A model generated the notes under the pieces. The model saw only the letters and a list, made by a program, of their open reading frames with translations, was not told the origin of the DNA and ran no database searches. From an uncultured Candidatus Saccharibacteria bacterium (lineage in GTDB: Bacteria > Patescibacteriota > Minisyncoccia > Phycocordibacterales > Phycocordibacteraceae), in contig CAYTKJ010000001.1 in the NCBI GenBank assembly GCA_964438675.1, positions 1-48,019 of the forward strand: a stretch of 48,019 bases of DNA, written 5' to 3'. This document shows, in pieces, positions 35,147 to 45,634 of the stretch (position 1 is the first letter of the stretch; every line of letters begins with the position of its first letter). The position numbers and the translations under genes are program-made.

Positions 35147-35814
35147 TATACGTTTTGAAAACGGCGATATGCGTCTTTGGGAGAGGTCGCACGCATGATG
35201 GCAGAGCCGACCACCAAACGGTCCACTCCTGCGTCGAGAAGTGTACGAGCATTCTCTTCCGAGACACCACCGTCTACTTGCAGTGTAACATCGGGAAAAT
35301 CATGTTTCAGGCGCTTAATAAGTGCAAACACACGATTATCGAGCGCTGAGCCCTGTCTGCCGAGCTCGGCGATTCCCATCACTTGTATGTAGTCCACGCG
35401 CGGCACATATAGTGCAAGCTTTTCGTACGGCGGATCAAGGTCGACGGCAAGACCAATGTCTGCAATGTCTCCAACTGCATCGTGTAACTCATTCCAGTTA
35501 TGCTGCGACTTAAGATGAAAGACAACGCGGTGCACCCCCGCGACTACCCAGTTGAGTACGTGCTTCTCTGGCTGATGCACCATCAGATCAATCTCGAAAT
35601 TAAACTCATGCCAATACGGGAGCCCCTCCTCACCCTTGAGTACATCTGCAAAATGTATACGATCGTGAGGACGGAGCGGCCACGTACGCGTAGTCACGAA
35701 CAGTCCATCACACACATCTATCTGAACAAAGCGAGGGCCTCCGACGAGACTCGCTAGTCCTTCCGCAAGCACTTCGCTGGTATCGGGCAAAATTGCTGGG
35801 ATAATGTCATTCAT
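35146..35814 (-). CDS. rpe: Ribulose-phosphate 3-epimerase family protein
   Basis: IPAILP, VQIDVCDG, IDLMVHQP, and VDGGVSEENARTLLDAGVDRLVVGSAI. The start was chosen at MNDIIPAIL. Confidence 0.75.
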   Translation of the reverse strand: MNDIIPAILPDTSEVLAEGLASLVGGPRFVQIDVCDGLFVTTRTWPLRPHDRIHFADVLKGEEGLPYWHEFNFEIDLMVHQPEKHVLNWVVAGVHRVVFHLKSQHNWNELHDAVGDIADIGLAVDLDPPYEKLALYVPRVDYIQVMGIAELGRQGSALDNRVFALIKRLKHDFPDVTLQVDGGVSEENARTLLDAGVDRLVVGSAIMRATSPKDAYRRFQNV

Positions 35815-36268
35815 CGATTGATCTGACACGCCGTACATGCCGCTCTTCGTTAGAAAACGGAGTGCTTAAAAAACGAGTAACTGCCTCCCACGCCTCAACA
35901 TCTCCTACAAAACCAGCTCCTACAGATAACACATTCGCGTTATTGTGCTCGCGTGCGAGCGTTACGATCTCTAGATTTCCGCCAGTATAGAGAGCGGCAC
36001 GAACACCGCGCACTCTGTTTGCGACCATTGCTTCTCCCTGTCCTGATTTTCCAAAAATAATCGCGCATGCCTCGGGCTGAAGTGCACTGACTGCCGATCG
36101 AATGATCCCAGGATAGTCGTCGCTAGGGTCGAACACTGATGGACCGTAATCGGTCGTCGTATATCCCGCATCCACAAGACGCTCATGTATATATTTTTTA
36201 CGCTCAAAGCCCGCATGGTCAGATGCAAGCAGAACAGAACTAAAGTTACTTTGCGGCGCTAATGACAT
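35807..36268 (-). CDS. rpiB: Ribose-5-phosphate isomerase B
   Basis: LLASDHAGFERKKYI, IIFGKSGQGEAMVANR and ARFLSTPF-type C-terminus. The start is uncertain, because the track ORF overlaps the gap 3' end. Confidence 0.82.
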   Translation of the reverse strand: MSLAPQSNFSSVLLASDHAGFERKKYIHERLVDAGYTTTDYGPSVFDPSDDYPGIIRSAVSALQPEACAIIFGKSGQGEAMVANRVRGVRAALYTGGNLEIVTLAREHNNANVLSVGAGFVGDVEAWEAVTRFLSTPFSNEERHVRRVRSIDE

Positions 36269-37262
36269 GGCGGTAGAGTGTTGAAACATATCCCCACTCG
36301 TTATCGTACCAAGCACACACCTTTACCAGCGTACCGCCAACAACACGAGTGAGTGAAAGGTCTGCGATCGCTCCGTACGGCATACCGACAATGTCTGAAG
36401 AAACTAGATCCTCGTCTGTTGTCGTAAAAATACCTTCCCACCGATGGTCAGCAGCCGCTTTTCGCAATAGCGCGTTTACCTCTTCCTTGCTCGTCGCACG
36501 CTTTGCGACAAATGTGACGTCCACTAGGGAACCGGAGACCACTGGTGCACGTATAGAAATACCATCAAACTTCTTTTCTAACTGCGGGAGTGCCTTTGTC
36601 ACTGCAATTGCCGCACCGGTCGATGTAGGTACTAAGTTTTGTGCACCAGCGCGATACTCGCGTTTATTGTGCCCTTTCGTCAATCCATCTACCAATGCTT
36701 GGGACGCTGTATAGGCATGGGTGGTGGTGAGAAGCGCATGCTCTATCCCGAGCACACCATCAAGAATAGCCATTAGCGGTGAGCCAGCATTTGTGGTACA
36801 TGATGCATTCGACGAGACGGAGCAGGTTTTTAATTTTTCTTCATTGATACCAACGAGTACCGTCGCACCTTCACCATTTGTGTCTGCGTCTTTTGCAGGA
36901 GCAGTGAGTACGACGTGCTTTGCGCCGCCAACTAAATGTCCCTTTGCTTTTTCAAAGGTATCAAAAAAGCCCGTCGCCTCTATCACCACCGCAACTCCTA
37001 AATCCCTCCAGGGGATTTTTGCAGGGTCCTTTTCTGTGGTTACTGCCACGTGTTTAGTACCCGCAACGAGCACTCCATCTTTAGACAAAACTTTAAACGG
37101 TGCCGTACCGTACGTGGTGTCATATTGTAAAAGATAGCGAAGCGATGCTGCGTCAGACAGGTCGTTTACTGCAACAACCTCAATGTCAGACTTATCGTAC
37201 GCGTACCTAAAAAAAGCTCGCCCAATACGTCCAAATCCATTAATACCAACTTTAATAGCCAT
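36246..37262 (-). CDS. gap: Type I glyceraldehyde-3-phosphate dehydrogenase
   Basis: KVGINGFGRIGR, the SNASCTTN catalytic Cys, and WYDNEWGY. Confidence 0.93.
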   Translation of the reverse strand: MAIKVGINGFGRIGRAFFRYAYDKSDIEVVAVNDLSDAASLRYLLQYDTTYGTAPFKVLSKDGVLVAGTKHVAVTTEKDPAKIPWRDLGVAVVIEATGFFDTFEKAKGHLVGGAKHVVLTAPAKDADTNGEGATVLVGINEEKLKTCSVSSNASCTTNAGSPLMAILDGVLGIEHALLTTTHAYTASQALVDGLTKGHNKREYRAGAQNLVPTSTGAAIAVTKALPQLEKKFDGISIRAPVVSGSLVDVTFVAKRATSKEEVNALLRKAAADHRWEGIFTTTDEDLVSSDIVGMPYGAIADLSLTRVVGGTLVKVCAWYDNEWGYVSTLYRHVISAAK

Positions 37263-37288
37263 AGCTAAAGTATAGCGTATGTATTTTG

Positions 37289-37359
37289 TTGCGGGAGCAC
37301 GATTCGAACGTGCGTCCCAAGGTTATGAGCCTTGTGAGGTACCACTCCTCCATCCCGCT
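37289..37359 (-). tRNA. tRNA-Met (anticodon CAU), with an unpaired 1:72 as in initiators; elongator Met or Ile2 not excluded
   Basis: Hand-folded: A1, GCGGGA/TCCCGC, D arm GAGG-AGTGGTA-CCTC, anticodon arm CAAGG-CTCATAA-CCTTG, 4-nt variable loop, T arm GCACG-TTCGAAT-CGTGC, A72 A73. No encoded CCA. Confidence 0.85.
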
Positions 37360-37374
37360 GTTTGAATAATAGCT

Positions 37375-37617
37375 CTATTTCTTAAATAATTCAAGAATTG
37401 CGCTTTTACTCTTGAGTGACTTCAGATACCTCTCATGCCTCATAGCATCTGCCCGAATGGCAAATTTTTCGTTATGCACCAGCCTCCAGGGGCCGCGCCT
37501 GGCGGCCCAACCATTTCGCGATCGATCATTATGCTCTGCAATCCGAATTTTGAGATTGTTTGTTGATCCAATATAAAACCTCCCATCATCATTTTCTAAA
37601 ATATACACACTGAACAT
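37375..37617 (-). CDS. GIY-YIG nuclease family protein (small, YhbQ/Slx1-like)
   Basis: FSVYILENDDGRFYIGSTNNLKIRIAEHN carries the GIY..YIG signature. 80 aa from MFSVYIL. AT-rich. Its stop lies 15 nt upstream of tRNA-Met position 1. Confidence 0.8.
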   Translation of the reverse strand: MFSVYILENDDGRFYIGSTNNLKIRIAEHNDRSRNGWAARRGPWRLVHNEKFAIRADAMRHERYLKSLKSKSAILELFKK

Positions 37618-37619
37618 CT

Positions 37620-37664
37620 GGTTATGAGTTCCGACGTGTCGGAATACCACTCCTCCACCCCGCT
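37620..37664 (-). pseudogene. Degenerate second copy of the tRNA-Met 5' half
   Basis: Minus strand AGCGGGGTGGAGGAGTGGTA matches tRNA positions 1-20 at 19 of 20 (1-21 at 20 of 21, because the first base of the palindrome is also a match). A 16-nt palindrome TTCCGACACGTCGGAA follows, and then CTCATAACC matches the anticodon-loop region 32-40 at 9 of 9. It ends 2 nt before the GIY-YIG ATG. Confidence 0.75.
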
Positions 37665-37671
37665 ACTCGTG

Positions 37672-37700
37672 AGTGTACGCCAATTTTTATATAAAATCAA
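37672..37700 (-). promoter_or_regulatory. Candidate sigma70-type promoter upstream of the tRNA-Met fragment
   Basis: Minus strand TTGATT - 17 nt - TACACT, ending about 7 nt before position 1 of the tRNA-like fragment. It overlaps the stop codon of the upstream ORF. Confidence 0.3.
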
Positions 37701-38487
37701 ACTCTTCAAACACCTGCTCGTAGAGTTTCATAACACGAAATGCTTCGCGTTGTGTCAGGATAAAATTCGAACTCTTTTGTACAACAAAGTTCCGAATGCG
37801 ATGCGCCTCCCATGCATGTGGGAGCGTCACAAACGCACCATCAGGCACAGTGCGTAACTGCTCTGCAGTTGTCATACCACTATATCCAATTTTAGTTAAC
37901 AGCTCACCGAGCATGGCATCGGCCACTACCAGAGCTTCGCGCCAGCGCCTTGGTTCAGGAGCCATCGCCGCGTTAAGCAAATCCTGCCAACGACTCCATC
38001 CATACGAGTTTCCAGTTGGGCGTGGTGGAAGTGTGCCCGAGTTACGCCAATCTTTAATTCTGATCAACACTAACAGTACACACACAACAACAAGCGCACT
38101 CAGCAACAGACCTGCAATTGAGTAAGACACTACGGCAAATACGCTCCACACAAACTTGAACACTGGCCCTAAGACGTGCACCGCACTGTCTAATGCAGTC
38201 AGTAGTGGTTGTGGCACACCGGACAAAAACCAGCTCGCATCGCTTGCTGTCGCACCCACATCTGCACTCGTACCACTACCAAAAGGCCACAGCCACGACC
38301 AAAACCCTGCGGACGTTGTCGCGGACTGTATCCCATCAATAACCACCCCCGGTACCACATCAGGAAGTACTGGTGCACTGTCTGCGCAACGCGCTCCAAA
38401 CAATGAAGCAAGCCAGCAATAGATATACTGCCAATTAATAAACGGGATACGCACCGCTTCTACTGCAGCGAGAAAATCTACACTCAT
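37687..38487 (-). CDS. Hypothetical membrane protein
   Basis: 266 aa with several hydrophobic segments and a soluble C-terminal domain (WREALVVADAMLGELL ... AWEAHRIRNFVV). ATGA overlap with the gatA stop. Confidence 0.6.
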   Translation of the reverse strand: MSVDFLAAVEAVRIPFINWQYIYCWLASLFGARCADSAPVLPDVVPGVVIDGIQSATTSAGFWSWLWPFGSGTSADVGATASDASWFLSGVPQPLLTALDSAVHVLGPVFKFVWSVFAVVSYSIAGLLLSALVVVCVLLVLIRIKDWRNSGTLPPRPTGNSYGWSRWQDLLNAAMAPEPRRWREALVVADAMLGELLTKIGYSGMTTAEQLRTVPDGAFVTLPHAWEAHRIRNFVVQKSSNFILTQREAFRVMKLYEQVFEEFDFI

Positions 38488-39890
38488 CGCTCGTCGACTG
38501 CGTCGCGTCCCAATGCAAAAAGTGTAGCGTCAGTTCTCTTCTCTGACATAAACTGAATACCGAGTGGTAGTGCTACCCCATCTCGCATAACGGTACCCAT
38601 AGGTACAGAGATTGATGGAAGTCCTGCAAGATTTGCTGGAGCTGAAAAAATATCCTCGAGGTACATAGACACTGGGTCGGCTTTCTCTCCTATTTTAAAT
38701 GCTGGACCAGGCGCGGTCGGTGTCGCAATGTACGCTACACTTTCGTACGCCTTTGCAAGATCTTCAGCAATAAGACTTCTCAGTGCAGTCGCGCGTCGAT
38801 AATATGCATCGTAGTATCCCGAGGACAAAATGTAGGTCCCGAGAATAATACGACGTCGCGTTTCTGGACCAAACCCCTCAGCGCGTGACTTCTTATACTC
38901 GTCAAGCAGATTTGCCCCGTCAGCGTGATGCCCGTAGCGCATACCATCGAGCCGTGCCAAGTTTGTTGACACCTCAGCTGGCATAACAATGTAATACGCA
39001 GGAAGCGCAAAGGGTGCCGTGTGAAGCTCTATGTCGACAATATCGTATCCCTTCTCAGAAAGTTCTGTCAGTTTTTTTTCGAACACCTCCTTTGTTTCTG
39101 GTTGCGCATCATTTACAAACGAGCGTGGCACGCCAATTTTTTTGTTACGTACTTCTGTTTCCGGAAAATCAGGGAGCGTCGTGCCGTCGAGCGGATCCTG
39201 CCCACGAATAGTGTTAAAGACTAATTCAGCATCACGCACCGTTCGCGCAAATGGTCCAATTTGGTCCAAAGAGGAGCCCATAGCAATAAGGCCTGATCGC
39301 GACACGGCACCGTACGTCGGTTTAAAACCAATAACGCCACAAAGCGCCGCTGGCTGTCGGATTGAGCCGCACGTCTCCGAGCCGAGTGCAATAGGCGCGA
39401 GGTGAGCCGCAACTGCTGCCGCAGAACCTCCAGACGAGCCACCAGGAACGCGTGACGTATCGTGTGGATTCTTAGTTGGACCAAACGCAGAATGTTCGGT
39501 CGAAGATCCCATGGCAAACTCATCCATATTCGTTCTACCAACAAAAATCGCGCCCGCTGCCTGTAACTTTGCGACTACGGTCGCATCGTAGGTCGCCCTA
39601 TAATTTGCAAGCATCTGTGATGCGGCGCTTGCACGTTTTCCATGTATCAAAATATTATCCTTGACTGCAATGGGCACACCAGTGAGAGCGTGCGCAGTAC
39701 CTGCATCAATGCGTGCTTGTGCAGCACGTGCAGCAACTTCGGTATCATCAAATATCTCGAGATATGCATTTAGCTCTGGATTCTTACGTGCGATTTGTCC
39801 GAGATACGCGGCAACTACCTCACTCACAGAAAAATCCTTGACTCGATAGCCTGCGGCAAGTTCGTGCGCTGAAAGATCTGTAAGTTCCAT
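38484..39890 (-). CDS. gatA: Glu/Asp-tRNA amidotransferase subunit A
   Basis: Amidase signature GGSSGGSAAAVA and KDNI. 468 aa. Ends with TGA. Confidence 0.93.
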   Translation of the reverse strand: MELTDLSAHELAAGYRVKDFSVSEVVAAYLGQIARKNPELNAYLEIFDDTEVAARAAQARIDAGTAHALTGVPIAVKDNILIHGKRASAASQMLANYRATYDATVVAKLQAAGAIFVGRTNMDEFAMGSSTEHSAFGPTKNPHDTSRVPGGSSGGSAAAVAAHLAPIALGSETCGSIRQPAALCGVIGFKPTYGAVSRSGLIAMGSSLDQIGPFARTVRDAELVFNTIRGQDPLDGTTLPDFPETEVRNKKIGVPRSFVNDAQPETKEVFEKKLTELSEKGYDIVDIELHTAPFALPAYYIVMPAEVSTNLARLDGMRYGHHADGANLLDEYKKSRAEGFGPETRRRIILGTYILSSGYYDAYYRRATALRSLIAEDLAKAYESVAYIATPTAPGPAFKIGEKADPVSMYLEDIFSAPANLAGLPSISVPMGTVMRDGVALPLGIQFMSEKRTDATLFALGRDAVDER

Positions 39891-39891
39891 A

Positions 39892-40185
39892 CTAATTGAG
39901 TATCTTTCTCACACGGAGATAGTCCCCATCACGATCTGAAAATTGATCGACAATTTCTTTCGTGTGCACCCCGCCCTCGTGCGGATTTGCATCCTCACGC
40001 ATCACGTTCACAGTATCGAGATGTGGGTTTGGTGCAACGCCCTCTGGTACTGGCACTTTCTGTACCACATCAATGTACGAAACAATGGCGTCTATCTCTC
40101 CACGCAGCTGCTCTACCTCCCCGTCCGTAAGTGCCAGACGAGACAGTTCAGCTAGCTTTTTTACATCGTCTGCGGATACTGCCAT
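39892..40185 (-). CDS. gatC: Glu/Asp-tRNA amidotransferase subunit C
   Basis: 97 aa with VKKLAELSRLALTDGEVEQL, directly upstream of gatA. Confidence 0.88.
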   Translation of the reverse strand: MAVSADDVKKLAELSRLALTDGEVEQLRGEIDAIVSYIDVVQKVPVPEGVAPNPHLDTVNVMREDANPHEGGVHTKEIVDQFSDRDGDYLRVRKILN

Positions 40186-40197
40186 AGAGCGAATATA

Positions 40198-42210
<2,013 letters not shown>

Positions 42211-42666
42211 TTAGTACGTCACGCGGATAGCTCGTTCCAGACGAAGCTCATTGGTAAGGTCACACGTGTTGTGACCAAAAGACTCGATCACGGTACTTTT
42301 TGGTTGACTACGGGTCACAATAATAGTTGTGCATTGCGTTCGCGAACCTCCACCTGTCGTCACATCGAATGTGGTGATGTAGTCGTCGTTCACACTCTCG
42401 CGTGACAAGGTGGATGTTGCGGTTCCGCAGTCGAGATCGGTAATAACAGAAGAGGTTGCGAATGCATCAAGTTTGGTGTCAGCCCACAGTGCGCACTCGA
42501 TGCCCGTGTCAGCTGCAAAAAACGCAAACTGCGACTCTCGCCCAGAGGATGAAAGATTCACATCCTTTATAGCAAGGTTATAAATTTCATAGCCGATCGC
42601 TAACAAAATGCCCGAGATGAGCACAGACATGAGCATAGTGAAAGCGCGAGGTTGTCTCATAGCCAA
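42211..42666 (-). CDS. PilX-like minor pilin-like protein
   Basis: 151 aa. The N-terminus MAMRQPRAFTMLMSVLISGILLAIG is pilin-like but lacks Glu5. Last gene of the pilin string. Confidence 0.5.
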   Translation of the reverse strand: MAMRQPRAFTMLMSVLISGILLAIGYEIYNLAIKDVNLSSSGRESQFAFFAADTGIECALWADTKLDAFATSSVITDLDCGTATSTLSRESVNDDYITTFDVTTGGGSRTQCTTIIVTRSQPKSTVIESFGHNTCDLTNELRLERAIRVTY

Positions 42667-43157
42667 TTAAAGAGGCGCTCTTGAATAGTAAACACGCGTG
42701 AGACTCCAGCGGATTTCCATGAAATGGTAACCGATACAATAATCTGATCTGGATTCGTCGGTGAGGCTGTGAGCAACACGTGTCGCGTAAACGGTGAGTC
42801 CGTCCCTGAGTCATGGTTGTACAATGCTCCATTTGCGGAAACTTTAAGCACGGGACACCCTCCCTGCGGGCACGCCGCGTAGGTAAAGTTTGGATAGTCG
42901 ACAGTGCACGGCGTGCCAGTACATGCAGCACCTATGCCAGCGAGCCAGTCTGAACCAGAGAGATAATTTTCATCGCGCACTGCGCGCACAAACTCAACAC
43001 CCTCCTGAGCCAAATAGAACGCGGTCACCTGATCACGAGCATAATACGAGCTCCGCAATGACTGCTGAGCAATAGAGAATGGTCCAAGTAGTGCCATGAG
43101 TAACACAGACACAGCAACGAGAGTCTCTAGTAGGGTAAATGCGGGAAGTGTCTTCAT
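42657..43157 (-). CDS. Prepilin-type N-terminal cleavage/methylation domain protein (minor pilin)
   Basis: MKTLPA/FTLLETLVAVSVLL, with Ala at position -1. Confidence 0.7.
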   Translation of the reverse strand: MKTLPAFTLLETLVAVSVLLMALLGPFSIAQQSLRSSYYARDQVTAFYLAQEGVEFVRAVRDENYLSGSDWLAGIGAACTGTPCTVDYPNFTYAACPQGGCPVLKVSANGALYNHDSGTDSPFTRHVLLTASPTNPDQIIVSVTISWKSAGVSRVFTIQERLFNWL

Positions 43158-43741
43158 ATATCTAAGAGGCGCTGCGTTACGGATGATTGCACAGTAAATT
43201 GTGTCGGCCCCCCTTGTACCTGAGCAGTACCTTTTACAATCATGAGCACTCGCGGTTGCACGGTGTCACCAGCAGACAGCGTCTCTGCACCAGTCACATA
43301 AAATCGAAAACTAGAAATAATCACTTCTGGGGCAGTGAGAGAAACCCATGAGCCATTCGTACCTGATTCAAGTGAGCGCTCAAGCTGTGCACCGTTGAGT
43401 CGATACACTGTCTGGTCATCGATGTCGTCTGGGTCACCACCTGTCGGCTCAAACGCGAGAAGCAATCCTCCCGTAAGCGGACAGTCGTTCGTCTCTGCAA
43501 GGATGCTTGGCGATGGTGCAATAGAGGTCTCACCACAATAGTAGGTTGAACCGACACGGATCGAACGTGACATCTGCTCCATTGCCGCGTTTAGATTGTT
43601 CATCACCGAATTAATACCTTGTGCTCGCTTGTTTACCTCAACCATCGTAAGCAGTGCGCCGACACCAACCAACATAACAATCGAAAAGATTGATACTGCG
43701 ACCATAAGCTCGATCAGGGTAAATGCTCGCGTGGTTTTCAT
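43154..43741 (-). CDS. Prepilin-type minor pilin (PilW-like size)
   Basis: MKTTRA/FTLIELMVAVSIFSIVM. Confidence 0.75.
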   Translation of the reverse strand: MKTTRAFTLIELMVAVSIFSIVMLVGVGALLTMVEVNKRAQGINSVMNNLNAAMEQMSRSIRVGSTYYCGETSIAPSPSILAETNDCPLTGGLLLAFEPTGGDPDDIDDQTVYRLNGAQLERSLESGTNGSWVSLTAPEVIISSFRFYVTGAETLSAGDTVQPRVLMIVKGTAQVQGGPTQFTVQSSVTQRLLDI

Positions 43742-44301
43742 GGGCGTTTTACAGAGATCTGACCTGTTGACTGAACAGTGATAGTGCGAGTTTCATCGCT
43801 ACGCGACTGAAGTACAATTTTTGCGCTCGAGTATGGAGTCGGCCCATCACCAGTAATGGTCGCGTCGGGGTTGGGTCGTAAAAAACCAACATCGATATGT
43901 GTCAGACTTGCGGCATTATCTGAGCAATCCTCGACACCGTCAGAGCGCACCCCACAGTAGTGTTGTATGGTGTGCCCACGGCCTAATGTGATCTGTTGCA
44001 CGACCTGATCAACACCTGGATCGTACCGTTTGTTACGATCTTCGTCTAAGTCCGCAAAAATCACGTAGGCAGTAGTACCTTCAAAATGTACACCGTATCC
44101 TACCCGAAACTCTCCTGAGTAATTGCGAGTTGAAAGTCCGTATACTTGCGCCTGGCGGATAGAGAGCGCTACATCATACGCCGCATTACCAAGAAGTACT
44201 GAGGAATTAAACTGCGCGTTGTTTGCAAGCACGACGCCAGTAATGACGACAAAAATCCCCGTAACGACTAGTAGTTCGATGAGTGAGAAACCGCGGTGCA
44301 T
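43738..44301 (-). CDS. Prepilin-type minor pilin (FimT/GspH-like)
   Basis: MHRG/FSLIELLVVTGIFVVITG. Confidence 0.75.
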   Translation of the reverse strand: MHRGFSLIELLVVTGIFVVITGVVLANNAQFNSSVLLGNAAYDVALSIRQAQVYGLSTRNYSGEFRVGYGVHFEGTTAYVIFADLDEDRNKRYDPGVDQVVQQITLGRGHTIQHYCGVRSDGVEDCSDNAASLTHIDVGFLRPNPDATITGDGPTPYSSAKIVLQSRSDETRTITVQSTGQISVKRP

Positions 44302-45095
44302 TAGAAAGGTAGTGAGAGTCCGAGAGACGCAAAGCCGAGGTTATACCACCATACGCTAAGCGCCCCGAGCGCAAGAAATGGCGCAAACGGAACCTCTGTC
44401 TTCAGTGTAACGCGCATACCGTATGTTGAGCCGAACAGGTGTTTACAAATGCGTGCGCACAGCATGAGCGCGATGCCGACTAGTGCACCTATCCACACTG
44501 CGAACACTGATGCCACTACTCCATGTTCTACTCCAAGAAAGAGTCCTAAAGCGCCTGCCACGTACGCATCACCAATCCCCATTCCTTTACCACGCGTAAC
44601 CGCAGTGAGTAGCGCAAAAAAACCAGCGCACACAAAAACTCCCCACAGTGCACTCATCGACGGAGTAAGAAGGAAACTAAGCGCAGCGAACCCATACATA
44701 CCGTAGACAAATGGGAGCGGTACGAGCGTGTGTCGAAGATCATAGACTACTAGGCCTAAGAAAGAGACCCAAAAACCCGCAGTGGCTACAAATAGCACGC
44801 CTGAGAAGGCGTACCCCACCATGTAGTACGACATAAGAAACAGTAGCCCTGTCGCAAGTTCAACGAGCGGATACTGAGTAAGTAACCGACTACCACACTC
44901 CCGACACCGACCCCTCAGTGCAAGATATGAAAAAAGTGGCACTAGGTCTCTCGCCCGCAGCACTGTTCCGCATGCCATACACTGGGACCGTTCTCCGCCG
45001 CGCTCGCGATACCCAAAACGCAAAATCACTACGTTCAAAAAACTGCCAACACACACACCAAAGATAAAAAGGAGTGCGCCAAACACGAGCTCCAT
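44301..45095 (-). CDS. pilD: Prepilin peptidase (A24 family)
   Basis: 264 aa and polytopic, with N-terminal CMACG...CRECG zinc-ribbon-like pairs and the GMGIGDAYV active-site-type motif. Confidence 0.85.
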   Translation of the reverse strand: MELVFGALLFIFGVCVGSFLNVVILRFGYRERGGERSQCMACGTVLRARDLVPLFSYLALRGRCRECGSRLLTQYPLVELATGLLFLMSYYMVGYAFSGVLFVATAGFWVSFLGLVVYDLRHTLVPLPFVYGMYGFAALSFLLTPSMSALWGVFVCAGFFALLTAVTRGKGMGIGDAYVAGALGLFLGVEHGVVASVFAVWIGALVGIALMLCARICKHLFGSTYGMRVTLKTEVPFAPFLALGALSVWWYNLGFASLGLSLPF

Positions 45096-45096
45096 A

Positions 45097-45570
45097 CTAC
45101 GGCACTATGTCGTAGCAAGCGCGTCTAGATATACTGCCGCCACCACAATCTGATGGGTTTGAGAGTGTACCATCACCACCATTAATACTGTCTGATACCG
45201 AATCTCTGTCGGACTTAAGTGCTTTGTTTTTTGGATCCTCGAGATTTGTTGCTAGGTGGTAACTGGTACCCCCTCCGGTCACATCGTAAAAGTATGGTTC
45301 ACGCGTTGAGGGGTCGGTCGGCAACTGCGGTATCTGCGCGCCAGTCACCAGGTCGTCTAACGTGTCCGGATATGTCGTGTTTTTATCAAAGTAAAACTGA
45401 AGCGCAGTCTGAAGCTGTTTCAGGTCCGCAAGACGCTTTGAGTCACGACTACCTACACGAGCGGTATTTACCGTTACCACGATTGCTGCAGCTAAAATAC
45501 CAATGATCGCAACAACGACGAGTATCTCGATTAAGGTAAAACCGCGAGTGACGCGCATAGTATGTATCAT
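45097..45570 (-). CDS. Type IV pilin, second paralogue
   Basis: MIHTMRVTRG/FTLIEILVVVAIIGILAA. The C-terminus resembles the upstream pilin (YHLATNLED ... CYDIVP). The longer track ORF running to 45786 is rejected. Confidence 0.8.
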   Translation of the reverse strand: MIHTMRVTRGFTLIEILVVVAIIGILAAAIVVTVNTARVGSRDSKRLADLKQLQTALQFYFDKNTTYPDTLDDLVTGAQIPQLPTDPSTREPYFYDVTGGGTSYHLATNLEDPKNKALKSDRDSVSDSINGGDGTLSNPSDCGGGSISRRACYDIVP

Positions 45571-45586
45571 CCCCTTAGCATACGCG

Positions 45587-45619
45587 AAAAATCCCCATCC
45601 CGCGTTCGGGATGGGGATT
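45587..45619 (-). terminator. Strong rho-independent terminator after the first pilin gene
   Basis: Minus strand AATCCCCATCCCG-AACG-CGGGATGGGGATT (13-bp perfect stem) followed by TTTC, 15 nt after the pilin stop. Confidence 0.8.
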
Positions 45620-45634
45620 AGGTTCGCAGAAAGA

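Noticed and set aside
37360-37664. Group I intron with a GIY-YIG homing endonuclease inside tRNA-Met, by analogy with anticodon-loop introns of tRNA-fMet and tRNA-Leu.
   Set aside because: The downstream tRNA-Met (37289-37359) is complete and uninterrupted. The nuclease ORF also fills nearly all the space between the fragment and the tRNA, leaving no room for a group I catalytic core.
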